From Thermodesulfobacteriota bacterium (GTDB lineage: Bacteria; Desulfobacterota_D; UBA1144; Nemesobacterales; JAJCZQ01), in contig OZ244044.1 in the NCBI GenBank assembly GCA_965215275.1, positions 800,001 through 864,000 on the forward strand: DNA of 64,000 bases, written 5' to 3'. The notes beneath the pieces are model-generated. The model was not told where the DNA came from, made no database searches, and worked only from the letters and a program-made list of their open reading frames with translations. This document shows, piece by piece, positions 33,166-42,822 of this stretch; position 1 is the first letter of the stretch, and the number at the start of each line of letters is the position of its first letter. A program made the translations under genes and the position numbers.

Positions 33166-33540
33166 TTATTTTCCTTTATTATTTTCCTCTTCTCCAAACA
33201 ACTCGTTGACTTTGTGTTTGGCTTTGTCTTTCATTTCGTCAGTTATGTATGCAGCAACCGTTGCAACGGCTACAACGATAACCCCGTAATCGTCTATGAG
33301 ACCACCTGGTAACAAATCTGGAACGGCATCTACGGGAGAGATGAAGTAACCAAGCGCACCAGTTATGACACTTTTTGCCCAAATTGGTGTTTCAGGAGAC
33401 TGAAGTGCATAATAAAGTTGAAGTGCCAACTCTACACACTCTCTTCCAGCCTTGATTGCGTATTTTTTAGCCTTACTCCAAAAACCTTCTTTGGAATAGT
33501 GCTCCGAATAACCAATTTTAACGTTATCTTTATCGCTCAT
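33166..33540 (-). CDS. YkvA/DUF1232 family copy 3 (chimera of copies 2 and 4)
   Basis: Identical to copy 2 except its 3' end, which equals copy 4 (NELFGEEENNKGK). Confidence 0.88.
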   Translation of the reverse strand: MSDKDNVKIGYSEHYSKEGFWSKAKKYAIKAGRECVELALQLYYALQSPETPIWAKSVITGALGYFISPVDAVPDLLPGGLIDDYGVIVVAVATVAAYITDEMKDKAKHKVNELFGEEENNKGK

Positions 33541-33888
33541 AATTATTCTCCACTTTGTAAAATATGGGAATAATATATTTTGAGTAATTAAGAAAATCAA
33601 CTGAGGATTTCAACAAAGCAATTGCATTAAACCGGGACTTTGCATAAACTTACAATAACCGCGGACTGACTTACGCCGTAACAGGAGTCTATGATAAAGC
33701 CATTAAGGATTTCAACTTTACTCTTTACTGGTAAAGCAGCAACATCAAACTGAAAAATTTCTCTGTATGAATCCTGATGGAAAATGAAAATTTATCAAAT
33801 TTAAGGAACAAAAACAGTTCCTGCTACCAAAACAATAAAAATTGTGTCAAGCAATCTTTAGAATTTTTGAAGGGTCTATTTTCCTTTA

Positions 33889-34338
33889 TTATTTTCCTTT
33901 ATTATTTTCCTCTTCTCCAAACAACTCGTTGACTTTGTGTTTGGCTTTGTCTTTCATTTCGTCAGTTATGCACCCTGCAACCGTTCTAACGGCTAAAACC
34001 AAAACCCCAAAATCATCTGTGAAACCAACAATTGGCGAAAAATCCGGAATGGCATCTAAGGGAAGGATGAAGTAACCAAGTGGACCAGTTATGACAATTT
34101 TTGCCCAATTTGGTGTTTCAGGAGACTGAAGTGCATAATAAAGTTGAAGTGCCAATTCTACACACTTTCTTACAGCTTTGATTGCACATTTTTTTAACTT
34201 ATTCCAAAAACCTTTTTCAGAATAGTGCTTAGAGTAATTTAGCTTACTCCAAAAACTTTTTTCAGAATAGTATTTCGAATAACGTTGAAATGCCCACTTT
34301 ACACATTTTCTTTTAGTAATGTTATCTTCATCGCTCAT
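33889..34338 (-). CDS. YkvA/DUF1232 family copy 4
   Basis: SD + ATG; duplicated YSK.YSEK.FW.KL segment; LGYFILPLDAIPDFSPIVGFTDD. Confidence 0.85.
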   Translation of the reverse strand: MSDEDNITKRKCVKWAFQRYSKYYSEKSFWSKLNYSKHYSEKGFWNKLKKCAIKAVRKCVELALQLYYALQSPETPNWAKIVITGPLGYFILPLDAIPDFSPIVGFTDDFGVLVLAVRTVAGCITDEMKDKAKHKVNELFGEEENNKGK

Positions 34339-34706
34339 CATTATTCTCCATTTTGTAAAATAATATACTTTTAGTAAGCAAGAAAGGTCAACAGGGGCTT
34401 TGCCTCTGTTAATCCAACTACCTTTTGTATCCAACTATTAAATCTGGATTTTTCCATTCGGTCTTTGTAAGAATTACAGTTAGTTGCATACCTCTTTTGT
34501 TTACAGATAAAGCATACTGCTCTAACAGATTTTTCAGAGTAGAATATTATGAAAGGAATTATATACAAAAATACATTAATCTTTACTTTTGATAGAATAA
34601 GTGCTTTAATAAGAAGTTCAGTGGGTAAAAAATCAACTTACTCAGATTTAACGCTATGAAAAAACCTATAACTCTCAGAAAGCATAAACGCTAAAAACAA
34701 GCAACG

Positions 34707-35568
34707 ATGAAAGGTTCTACCCCCCCCCTACAATCACAGGACGCTCTCAAATAGGGATTACATAAATAAAATCACCTGTGGTGATACTTTAAAACTTATC
34801 CATACTATTGAACCGAAAAGTATCAATCTTATCATAACCAGTCCTCCGTATTTCGGATGCAGAATCTACGGAAATGAAACACTTGGAAGGGAAACTGACC
34901 CCAGAGAATATATAAAAAATATATTAACTTTTACGGATGAATTTAAGCGAGTTTTACATAGTGAAGGCTCATTTTATCTGAACATTGGAGATGTTTATTT
35001 TGGTTCAAAGGGATTTATTAGAAATAAAGGGAAATATGCAAGAAAGACAGACAAACATTATAAAGTTCATAAGATAGTTAAACCTGATGGCAGGTATTTA
35101 CAATACAAACAGCTACTCATGATACCTGAGAGAATCGCCATAGGAATGCAAGAGCAAGGCTGGATATTAAGGAATAAAATAATATGGGAAAAACCCAACC
35201 CCGTACCCAGTTATTCACCTGACAGACGTTACCCTGTTTATGAACATTTCTTTCATTTTGTAAAATCCAGAAAGTATTATTTTGATTTAAAGAAAGCACA
35301 GAAGATTAATCACCATAGGGATGTCATTAGAAATGGAATAGAACCTTTTGGCAGCCATCAAGCCACTTATCCTCTATCTCTTATAAAACCATTCATATAT
35401 ACCACTTCAAAAGAAGGAGATATTGTTCTCGATCCTTTTATGGGAAGCGGTACGACCGCAGTTGCCTGTACAGAGCTTAACAGAAAATTTATAGGGTTTG
35501 AGATCAATCCAGAATTTTGTAAAGAAGCTATGGATAGACTGGAAGAAAATGGAAGATTGTTTTCCTAA
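34707..35568 (+). CDS. beta-class m4C DNA methyltransferase, out of frame at a C9 tract
   Basis: ATG 34707 MKGSTPP; main frame YNHRTLSNRDYINKITCGDTL...IITSPPYFG...LNIGDVY continues without a stop into the listed ORF (HQATYP, DPFMGSGTT). In frame with C8 or C11. Confidence 0.88.
34720..34728 (+). repeat. poly-C (C9) tract, candidate phase-variation switch (OFF)
   Basis: ttctacccccccccta. Confidence 0.85.
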
Positions 35569-35580
35569 TTGGAAATATAG

Positions 35581-36726
35581 ATGCCGTTAATTTCCACTCA
35601 AAAATGTGAGATATTTCAAAATTCCAAAAAAATCGATCTATATTCTTCTTATTTACAATCTATGGCGAGTTTATCCAGATTATTTAGTAATAAGGACGTT
35701 CCTTATTTGCCATATAGAGCAGTTGAAAATATTTTCTGTAAAGCATTTAACGTTGATAATCTTTCCAGAGATGATCTTGCTTACGATGCTAAAGTGGGAA
35801 GTATTGCTTGGGGAATAAAAACCTTCGCTTCTGAATATAAAAAATCACAACAAAAAATATCTGAATTTAATGTTAACAATCAAGAGCTTAAAAAACTTAA
35901 AGGTGAAGAATTAGTTGCTCGTATAGCAGAATTGAGAAATGAAAGAATCATTTTTGCCAATAAAAACTACAAAATCGACAAGGCTTATTATCACTGTGTC
36001 GTGAGGCAGAAAAATGTATTGAAGATTTTTGAAGAACCATACGAGTTTATAGATATTAATAAGATCACAAATATAAGAAGTACCAATCCCAGCATATCTT
36101 TTAAAGATAATAACAATGAATATAGCTTTAATTTTTCTAAAAGTACTCTACTTAAAAAATTCTATACACCAGAAAATACATTAGACATAGATGTAGAAAT
36201 AATTGATTCTCCTTTAGAACTACTAGATGAGATTATTCGTCAGCTATCAGAATTCAGAAAACCCGTACAAGAGAATTTTGTCATATTACCTTTATACTCC
36301 ACTCGTAGTAGAGACCAAAAGACAATTCCAGAGAGAAGTGGTTTAAACCAGTGGAATGCCGGTGGTAGAGAAAGAGACTATGGAGAGGTTTATATTCCCA
36401 TTCCGCAGAACATACATAAAAAATATCCCAATTTCTTCCCCAACAGGAATGTATCTTTTAACTTGATAGTGCCAAGTGGGGAAATATTATCTGCAAAGGT
36501 GTGTCAAGACAATAGCAAGGCATTAATGACAAACCCTAATAATGCTTTAAGTGAATGGATGTTGAGAGATGTGCTGAGGCTACAAGAAGGTGAACTTTTA
36601 ACTTATAAAAAATTATTAACTCTGGGAATAGATAGTATGAAAGTAGTAAAAGTGGACAAAGAAAACTATAAAATTAATTTTTCCAAGATAGGAAGTTATG
36701 AAGAGTTTATAAACCATGAGCGTTAG
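35581..36726 (+). CDS. type II restriction endonuclease (NgoFVII-family-like)
   Basis: YRAVENIFC...DLAYDAK...GIKTF...QKISEFN (PD-(D/E)XK-like); SGLNQWNAGGR..EVYIPIP; 12 bp after the MTase. Confidence 0.75.
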   Translation: MPLISTQKCEIFQNSKKIDLYSSYLQSMASLSRLFSNKDVPYLPYRAVENIFCKAFNVDNLSRDDLAYDAKVGSIAWGIKTFASEYKKSQQKISEFNVNNQELKKLKGEELVARIAELRNERIIFANKNYKIDKAYYHCVVRQKNVLKIFEEPYEFIDINKITNIRSTNPSISFKDNNNEYSFNFSKSTLLKKFYTPENTLDIDVEIIDSPLELLDEIIRQLSEFRKPVQENFVILPLYSTRSRDQKTIPERSGLNQWNAGGRERDYGEVYIPIPQNIHKKYPNFFPNRNVSFNLIVPSGEILSAKVCQDNSKALMTNPNNALSEWMLRDVLRLQEGELLTYKKLLTLGIDSMKVVKVDKENYKINFSKIGSYEEFINHER

Positions 36727-36879
36727 TTAACTCCATTAATTTTGTTTCTGAAAAAATTCCCTGTACGAATCCTGATGGAGAATGAAAATTTATCAATTTT
36801 AAGGAACAAAGACAATTCCTGTTACCGAAACAATAAAGATTGTGTCAAGCAATATAAATCCCTGAATTTTTTGAAGAGT

Positions 36880-37212
36880 CTATTCTCCTTTATTATCTTC
36901 CTTTTCTTCTCCAAACCACTCGTTGACTTTGTCTTTGGCTTTGTTTTTCATTTCGTCAGTTATGTATTTAGCAACCGTTCTACGGGCTAAAACGAGAACC
37001 ACATAATCATCTACGAAGCCAATAATTGGTAAAAAATCGGGAATGACATCTAAGGGAAGAATGAAGTAACCAAGTGCACCATATATAACATTTTTTGCCC
37101 AAATTGGTGTTTCAGGAGACTGAAGTGCATAATAAAGTTGAAGTGCCAATTCTACACACTCTCTTCCAGCCTTGATTGCGTATTTTTTAGCAACATTATC
37201 TCCATCACTCAT
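36880..37212 (-). CDS. YkvA/DUF1232 family copy 5 (N-terminally shortened)
   Basis: GALGYFILPLDVIPDFLPIIGFVDD; same SD/leader as the other copies. Confidence 0.85.
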   Translation of the reverse strand: MSDGDNVAKKYAIKAGRECVELALQLYYALQSPETPIWAKNVIYGALGYFILPLDVIPDFLPIIGFVDDYVVLVLARRTVAKYITDEMKNKAKDKVNEWFGEEKEDNKGE

Positions 37213-37668
37213 CATTATTCTCCATTTTGTAAAATATGGAAAATAATATACTTTTAGTAAGGAAGAAAGGTCAACAGGGACTTTGCCTCTGTTGACCCAG
37301 TTACTTTTTTTATCCTACTCTTAAATCTGGATTTCTCCATTCGGTCTTTTTTAAGAATTACAGTTATTTAATACTCTTTTCGTTTACAGATAAAGCATGC
37401 TGCTCTAAAAGATCTTTCAGAGTAGAGTATTATGAATATGTCTAATATAATCTCTAAGCATTTGTAAGATTACAGAGTGAGTACAGACGATACCATGTGT
37501 TTTTTATGTCTACTTCCCTTAAAAACCAAGGGATAGAGTAATTTATTCCATGACCCATATAAAAAACGTCATCAAAATAAGATTAAGATTGAAAATCAGA
37601 CTTTATAAACCATTGGCAATTTTTGTTGTATAATATCCAAGCAAAAACATAACTTCCGGAGAATAAAC

Positions 37669-38379
37669 ATGGACAAACCAAATACTTCGTCAGAACCAAA
37701 AGACGCAGAAGGATACTTTGAACGCGGAAACGATCTTTTGAACAAAGGAGAGGCTTTTAAAGCCATTGATGATTTCAACGAGGCGATCGAATTAAAAAGG
37801 GACTTTGCAGAGGCTTACAACCACTGTGGAATTGCTTACGATAGCGTGGGAAAATACGACAAAGCAGCCGAATACTACGATAAGGCAATTAAAACAAACC
37901 CAGACTATGCCGATGCCTATGCCAACCGCGGGATACTTTACGCAAGGAACAGCAGTCTGAGCAGAGCCGTGGCGGATTTCACCAAGGCAATCGAACTTGA
38001 TCCTGACTTTGCAGAGGCTTACAACAACCGCGGACTGACTTACGCCGTAACGGGAGCCTATGATAAAGCCATTGAGGATTTTAGCAAAACACTCAAATTG
38101 ATACCGGAATATGACGAGGTGTTTAACAACCGAGGGCTTGCGTATCTGGACATGGGTAAACACGATGAAGCCGTTGCAGACTTCACAAGTGCAATCGAAC
38201 TTAAAGCGGACTTCGCCGATGCTTTTTACAATCGAGGTCTGACCTATAAGACCTTGAAGAAGGTCCCACAAGCTCATAACGACCTCCAGGAAGCCTTAAA
38301 ACTGGCAGGCAGGACCGGCAACACTCACCTTGACCAGCTTGCAAGGAGGCAGCTGAGCTCCCTGACCTTATCAGAGTAA
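37669..38379 (+). CDS. TPR-repeat protein
   Basis: About six 34-aa repeats A.AY.NRG..Y...G.Y..AI.DF.KAI.L.P. Confidence 0.93.
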   Translation: MDKPNTSSEPKDAEGYFERGNDLLNKGEAFKAIDDFNEAIELKRDFAEAYNHCGIAYDSVGKYDKAAEYYDKAIKTNPDYADAYANRGILYARNSSLSRAVADFTKAIELDPDFAEAYNNRGLTYAVTGAYDKAIEDFSKTLKLIPEYDEVFNNRGLAYLDMGKHDEAVADFTSAIELKADFADAFYNRGLTYKTLKKVPQAHNDLQEALKLAGRTGNTHLDQLARRQLSSLTLSE

Positions 38380-38434
38380 AGAAAAAAACTCGTAAGCAAG
38401 CTGACCGTATACCGGCTTGAAATATTAAAAAACC

Positions 38435-39550
38435 CTACTGGCCGTTAATTAACTTCTGTTCAAGAAAGCGTTCGCATATCCGGTAGAACGTCACCATGGA
38501 CTCAACGTCGATCCACTCGTCCTTTGCGTGCACGTTCCCTACAACAGGTCTGGAGATAACAACAGGAATGCTGTACTTGGTAATGAACCTTGCATCACTT
38601 GCACCATCTTCATAAACAAAAGAGGCTCTTTCACCCGTTACTTCTTCTATAACGGACTTGAACACATGGTTCGGTTCAAGTTCCAGCGGTTCGGCAGACA
38701 GGATGTTCTCAATTTTAATACTGTCTCCCAGTATAGATGCAGTTTTCGCCTTTATCTGATCGACGGTATAGGGGGCAGGAAAACGTATATCCAGATTGGC
38801 CTTAGCCTTTGCCGGAACGAGATTGATCGTTGTGTTCGGGGTATTCAGGATGGTGAGAGAACAGGTAGGACGCCAGTTGCCACTGCCTGTCTTCAGCGAA
38901 CTGAAATACCGCTTCAGATCCAGGATCTTCTCGATCAAAGTCTCAACTGCATTCGTTCCAAGCCATGGACGTGCCGCATGACTTGAACGCCCGCTGCACG
39001 AAACGTGAAGGTGCATGACGCCCTTTTCCGCCACCGTGATCTCGTTCAGACTGCCGCCGTCGGGATTGATGGCAAGGCCGCATCTCAGTCCGACCTGGTC
39101 GAACAGGTACCCTATTCCCGATTCCCCTCCCTGCTCTTCATCTGAAGTGATCGCAATACCCAAGGACGACCCCGGGTACTTTTTATGAAAATTTGAAAAC
39201 AGTTCAAGCATAACGGACATTGCACCTTTCATATCCCCGCATCCGGAACCAAATATCTTCCCGCTTTTAACTACCGTGTCGTAAGCTCCTATATCGTTGT
39301 GATCAATAACGTCCAGATGAGAGATAAGCAGAATTTCAGGAGCGGTTATACCATAAGGCATGGCTACCAGCGAGGGAACGCCGACCCAGCGGTGTTCCTT
39401 AACCTCTATGCCGTCAGTTCTTTCCACCTGGGACTTAACGAACCCAAAGCACCGTTCAAGGTCGTCAAGCCGGAGAGACGTGCCGGGGATCGAAACAAGT
39501 TCTCTCGTAAGTGCTATCAGCCGTTCTCTTATATCATCAGTCTTGCTCAT
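38435..39550 (-). CDS. M20/M25/M40 metallopeptidase (DapE/ArgE-like)
   Basis: SHLDV, GCGDMKG, DEEQGG, SSHAARPW, GASDARF, HAKDE. Confidence 0.9.
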   Translation of the reverse strand: MSKTDDIRERLIALTRELVSIPGTSLRLDDLERCFGFVKSQVERTDGIEVKEHRWVGVPSLVAMPYGITAPEILLISHLDVIDHNDIGAYDTVVKSGKIFGSGCGDMKGAMSVMLELFSNFHKKYPGSSLGIAITSDEEQGGESGIGYLFDQVGLRCGLAINPDGGSLNEITVAEKGVMHLHVSCSGRSSHAARPWLGTNAVETLIEKILDLKRYFSSLKTGSGNWRPTCSLTILNTPNTTINLVPAKAKANLDIRFPAPYTVDQIKAKTASILGDSIKIENILSAEPLELEPNHVFKSVIEEVTGERASFVYEDGASDARFITKYSIPVVISRPVVGNVHAKDEWIDVESMVTFYRICERFLEQKLINGQ

Positions 39551-40889
39551 AATACCATTTCATGGGTAATTTATCCTGAAGACCATTAAGGGTCTCCAGA
39601 CATATCTGCAGATCCTTTCCCAAAAACAGGAACTGACCTTTTGTGACCTTTCTGCCACTGTCCAGATTAAAGTTTATAGGTAAGAACCCCTGGTCCTTTC
39701 CGGGATAGAACAGCACGTCACATTTATCCATGGTCTCAAGCAGCTGCTCTCCACTTATGTGCCTGTTAGTTTCCAGGTTGCTCATGATCCATGCCCCTTC
39801 GGACATGAAATAACGAGCCAGTATGGACGGATAGGTAGCACCGGTCACTCTGGCGTTCACCTCGCATACAAAGACCTCTTCCAGTCCATCTTTGAAAGTA
39901 ACTATAAAATCAACCCCTGCCATACCTCTGTATCCTTGCGAAAAGAGCCACTTACCGACAACGGCAGACTGACGAAGCATCTCATCCCTCAGGTCGGAAC
40001 GAGGTTCTAGATACGGAGGTGGAGAAAGATTGCCCTGATGGATGCTCTGACTGGACAGTATCTGCTCCGTAACGTCATAGATGAAGACGCTGTCTTCACC
40101 AATAAAGACCTGAACGCTTGGTGAGTAAACTTCCCTGATACCGTTAATGCCCGGTTCAAGCCAGCCCTGCACCATACAGCCTCCTTCCCAGAACATGTAT
40201 CCGGGCAGGTTTATATTACGTTCGGACGTATCCACTTTGACCATGCCTACTCCGGAAGCTCCTATCTGGGACTTTACAACGGCGGTCTTATATCCTTTTT
40301 TCTCAAGCGACCTTATACATGGTACAACGCCGTCGTTAGAGGCTGCTATCTCGGTGTCGCATATCGGCATGCTTTTTTCCTTCAGATAGTTGTAAAGTGC
40401 AAGTTTGTTATTGCACAGGCGGCTGGAATCAGTGGTATTGAAGCAGTTCTTACCCAGCTTCAGGGACCATTTTATCAAAGTCTCATCAGTTACGAACCCA
40501 TCAACGGATCCGGCAGGATGCCGGGACACCTTTTCTGCAAACAGTCTGGCTTTATTACTAACCCTGTCCTTATCGACCGAATAAAAATCCTCATAAGACA
40601 ACAGTTCAACGTGCGGAAGCTGTAATTTCAGGTCCTTGCTGAAGTATTTCTGTATCGACCGGGAAGGTTCATTTGCCAGTACCAGCAGATTTTCCTGGCC
40701 TTTATATACAATGTTTATTATCGGCAGCAGCCTGCCACCGTAAGTCTTAACCCCATGGACCGCTTCCTGAAGATGGTTCAGCTTTGCTTTATTTCCAAAA
40801 AAAAGCGACTTCAGATTAACAAAAAATACGACCGACCTGTCCCAGAAGTTCGGCAGTTTTCCCGGATGTACGTTTACATTCAAAGACAA
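39537..40889 (-). CDS. ATP-grasp ligase (pre-ATP-grasp/PGM1-like peptide ligase)
   Basis: NNKL, VVKSQIGASGVG, SPSVQ, EQIL...HQGN, GVDF, EVNARVTGATY. Confidence 0.75.
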   Translation of the reverse strand: MSLNVNVHPGKLPNFWDRSVVFFVNLKSLFFGNKAKLNHLQEAVHGVKTYGGRLLPIINIVYKGQENLLVLANEPSRSIQKYFSKDLKLQLPHVELLSYEDFYSVDKDRVSNKARLFAEKVSRHPAGSVDGFVTDETLIKWSLKLGKNCFNTTDSSRLCNNKLALYNYLKEKSMPICDTEIAASNDGVVPCIRSLEKKGYKTAVVKSQIGASGVGMVKVDTSERNINLPGYMFWEGGCMVQGWLEPGINGIREVYSPSVQVFIGEDSVFIYDVTEQILSSQSIHQGNLSPPPYLEPRSDLRDEMLRQSAVVGKWLFSQGYRGMAGVDFIVTFKDGLEEVFVCEVNARVTGATYPSILARYFMSEGAWIMSNLETNRHISGEQLLETMDKCDVLFYPGKDQGFLPINFNLDSGRKVTKGQFLFLGKDLQICLETLNGLQDKLPMKWYYEQD

Positions 40890-40931
40890 TTAATGCTCCT
40901 GATCAACGACAGGTCGACTTAATATAGTTCT

Positions 40932-41438
40932 CTATAACTTATTCCCGTAAAGGTTCAGATGAAAGACCTCTTCGGGAGCTTTTCTGTACTTGTGGTGCGT
41001 TATCATCCTTTTGTCAAAATAACCAAAAGGCAGAACGGTTAAAACGTTCCATCTGTCGGGTATGTTAAGAGATCGTTTGAGCCCATCAGTTTCAATTCTG
41101 CCTATCCAGCAGGAACCCAGACCCAAGCTCCATGCGACCAGCACCATGTTCTGAACCGCTCTTGTCGTGTCTATTTCGTGCCATTTTGACCCCGGGTCGG
41201 TCAAAACGACCACTCCAAAAGCAGACTGCGATATGAACCGTCCGCTTATACAGTACGGTTCCATCTCTTTTAACTTCTTCTTATCCGTGATCAGAATAAA
41301 CTCCCAAGGCTGATCATTATGAGCACTGGGAGCCAGTCTTCCTGCTTCAAGCACTTTCTGTATGACCTCTGAACTAACTTCCCTGTCGTGATAACTTCTG
41401 ACCGAACTTAATGTTGAAACACACTCGAGAACTTCCAT
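40932..41438 (-). CDS. nitroreductase family protein
   Basis: SVRSY, APSAHNDQPWEF, QNMVL.AWSLGLGSCWIG. Confidence 0.93.
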   Translation of the reverse strand: MEVLECVSTLSSVRSYHDREVSSEVIQKVLEAGRLAPSAHNDQPWEFILITDKKKLKEMEPYCISGRFISQSAFGVVVLTDPGSKWHEIDTTRAVQNMVLVAWSLGLGSCWIGRIETDGLKRSLNIPDRWNVLTVLPFGYFDKRMITHHKYRKAPEEVFHLNLYGNKL

Positions 41439-41730
41439 TGATGCCCCTCGCGTTTTAAGTTTTGCAGGTATACTATAAATGATTTAACATATTAGTTAAC
41501 CCTGATTTACTTTTTTAATTGTCGTTTTGGGAATTATTAAGAAAAGTTGACAAAATACTATAACTTTCCTTAATCTTGAACTTTTTTAATAGACGGTTTA
41601 CCCTTTGAATTTACAGTTAAAGTAAACCGTTGGTCCAACTGTTCGGTGGAACTGCACTTGTGTCAAGAAGCGACATTACCGCTTTATCTAATTTGTTCCA
41701 CTCTGCTTTTTACTCACTATGTTTCTACTG

Positions 41731-42819
41731 TTATTTTCCTGACTTTCGTCTGTTGCAATCCCTACATAACATCTGACAATTACTCTCTTCTGTCTTTCCG
41801 CCCTCATTCCAAGGAGTTATGTGGTCCCCTTCCATCTGTTTTATATCAAACTTCTTGTTGCACTTAGGACAAACTCCTTCCTGCTTTTGATATACTTTCA
41901 GTTTCATCGAATCTGAAAATGAACGAATATTTAAATACCTCTCATCTCTTGTTAATACATAAGGATATATTCCCTTCTTATTTGTTACATCATCATCTAA
42001 TATCAAATCTTTCATCTCTTCTTCTAATTTATCAGGATCATATTTGTTATTTTTATATGTGTTATAAAGTGTTCCCCAATCCACACCTTTCATTATCGTC
42101 CTCTTTTCTCCTGTAAATGTTGTCTCTATCCAATTTATCACCTTATTAAAATGCTCCCATAATTCTTTAGCATCATTTTTATGTTTAGCCTGATGAGCCA
42201 TATATTCTTCAATTTTGTTATCACTGATCCACTTTATTGCAGTTTGTAGATACTCTTGTCTTATGGGAGATCCGTTCAAGTATTTTCTTCCTATACCATA
42301 AGCAGAACATCCATTTTTACTGAAATATCTTTTAGCATCTGTAACCCAAGACCCTGAATAAACCGCATTTCTCAACTCTTGTTCTGTTAATTTCTCACCC
42401 GCTATGTTGATCGTTCTAAACCAATCCAACTTCTCAGTGTCCGTTCCGCTACAAAAATAAACCATAAGTTTATAGTTCAATATCTGGTTTTGTTTATCGT
42501 CTTTTAAATTGTCAAAATACATACTGTTAAATGAAAAAGTGCCATTTACATATTGACAGATAGATATTGTCCTTTGTTGTCCATCAATTATCTCAAAGTT
42601 ACCATCTTCTTTGTCCGCCCAATACATAACATTAAGCGGAAAATCTTGAGTTATTGTATTTATAACTGCATCTCTCTCTTTCGTATTGTAAATGAACTCC
42701 CGCTGATACGGAGGTCTTATATCCAACTTTCCACCATATCCAAATACTCCATCATTTCCCTTGTCTGTATATCCTTCAGTTAGTTTACGGACTGTAATTT
42801 CTTTGAGTTTGATTTTCAT
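41731..42819 (-). CDS. DUF262 (GmrS-like) + HNH restriction endonuclease
   Basis: IRPPYQREF, IIDGQQR, FRTIN..G..LT.QELRNA; C-terminal CPKC...DHITPW.EGG.T...NCQMLCRDCN. Confidence 0.88.
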   Translation of the reverse strand: MKIKLKEITVRKLTEGYTDKGNDGVFGYGGKLDIRPPYQREFIYNTKERDAVINTITQDFPLNVMYWADKEDGNFEIIDGQQRTISICQYVNGTFSFNSMYFDNLKDDKQNQILNYKLMVYFCSGTDTEKLDWFRTINIAGEKLTEQELRNAVYSGSWVTDAKRYFSKNGCSAYGIGRKYLNGSPIRQEYLQTAIKWISDNKIEEYMAHQAKHKNDAKELWEHFNKVINWIETTFTGEKRTIMKGVDWGTLYNTYKNNKYDPDKLEEEMKDLILDDDVTNKKGIYPYVLTRDERYLNIRSFSDSMKLKVYQKQEGVCPKCNKKFDIKQMEGDHITPWNEGGKTEESNCQMLCRDCNRRKSGK

Positions 42820-42822
42820 AAT

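Larger units (their letters stand above)
32501..33970. repeat. 723-bp-period tandem duplication (32501-33247 = 33224-33970)
   Basis: Sequences read identical at offset 723 (e.g. ATG 32817/33540; gtgtcaagca 33121/33844). Confidence 0.9.

Noticed and set aside
24343..35119. ORF-track starts at 24343, 28900 and 35119
   Set aside because: Artefacts of the frameshifts; the 28900 and 35119 starts omit the catalytic DPPF/SPPY motifs.
30533..37440. Integron cassette array explanation for the YkvA repeats
   Set aside because: No integron integrase in the window and no clear attC RYYYAAC...GTTRRRY palindromes; the repeats include the gene itself.
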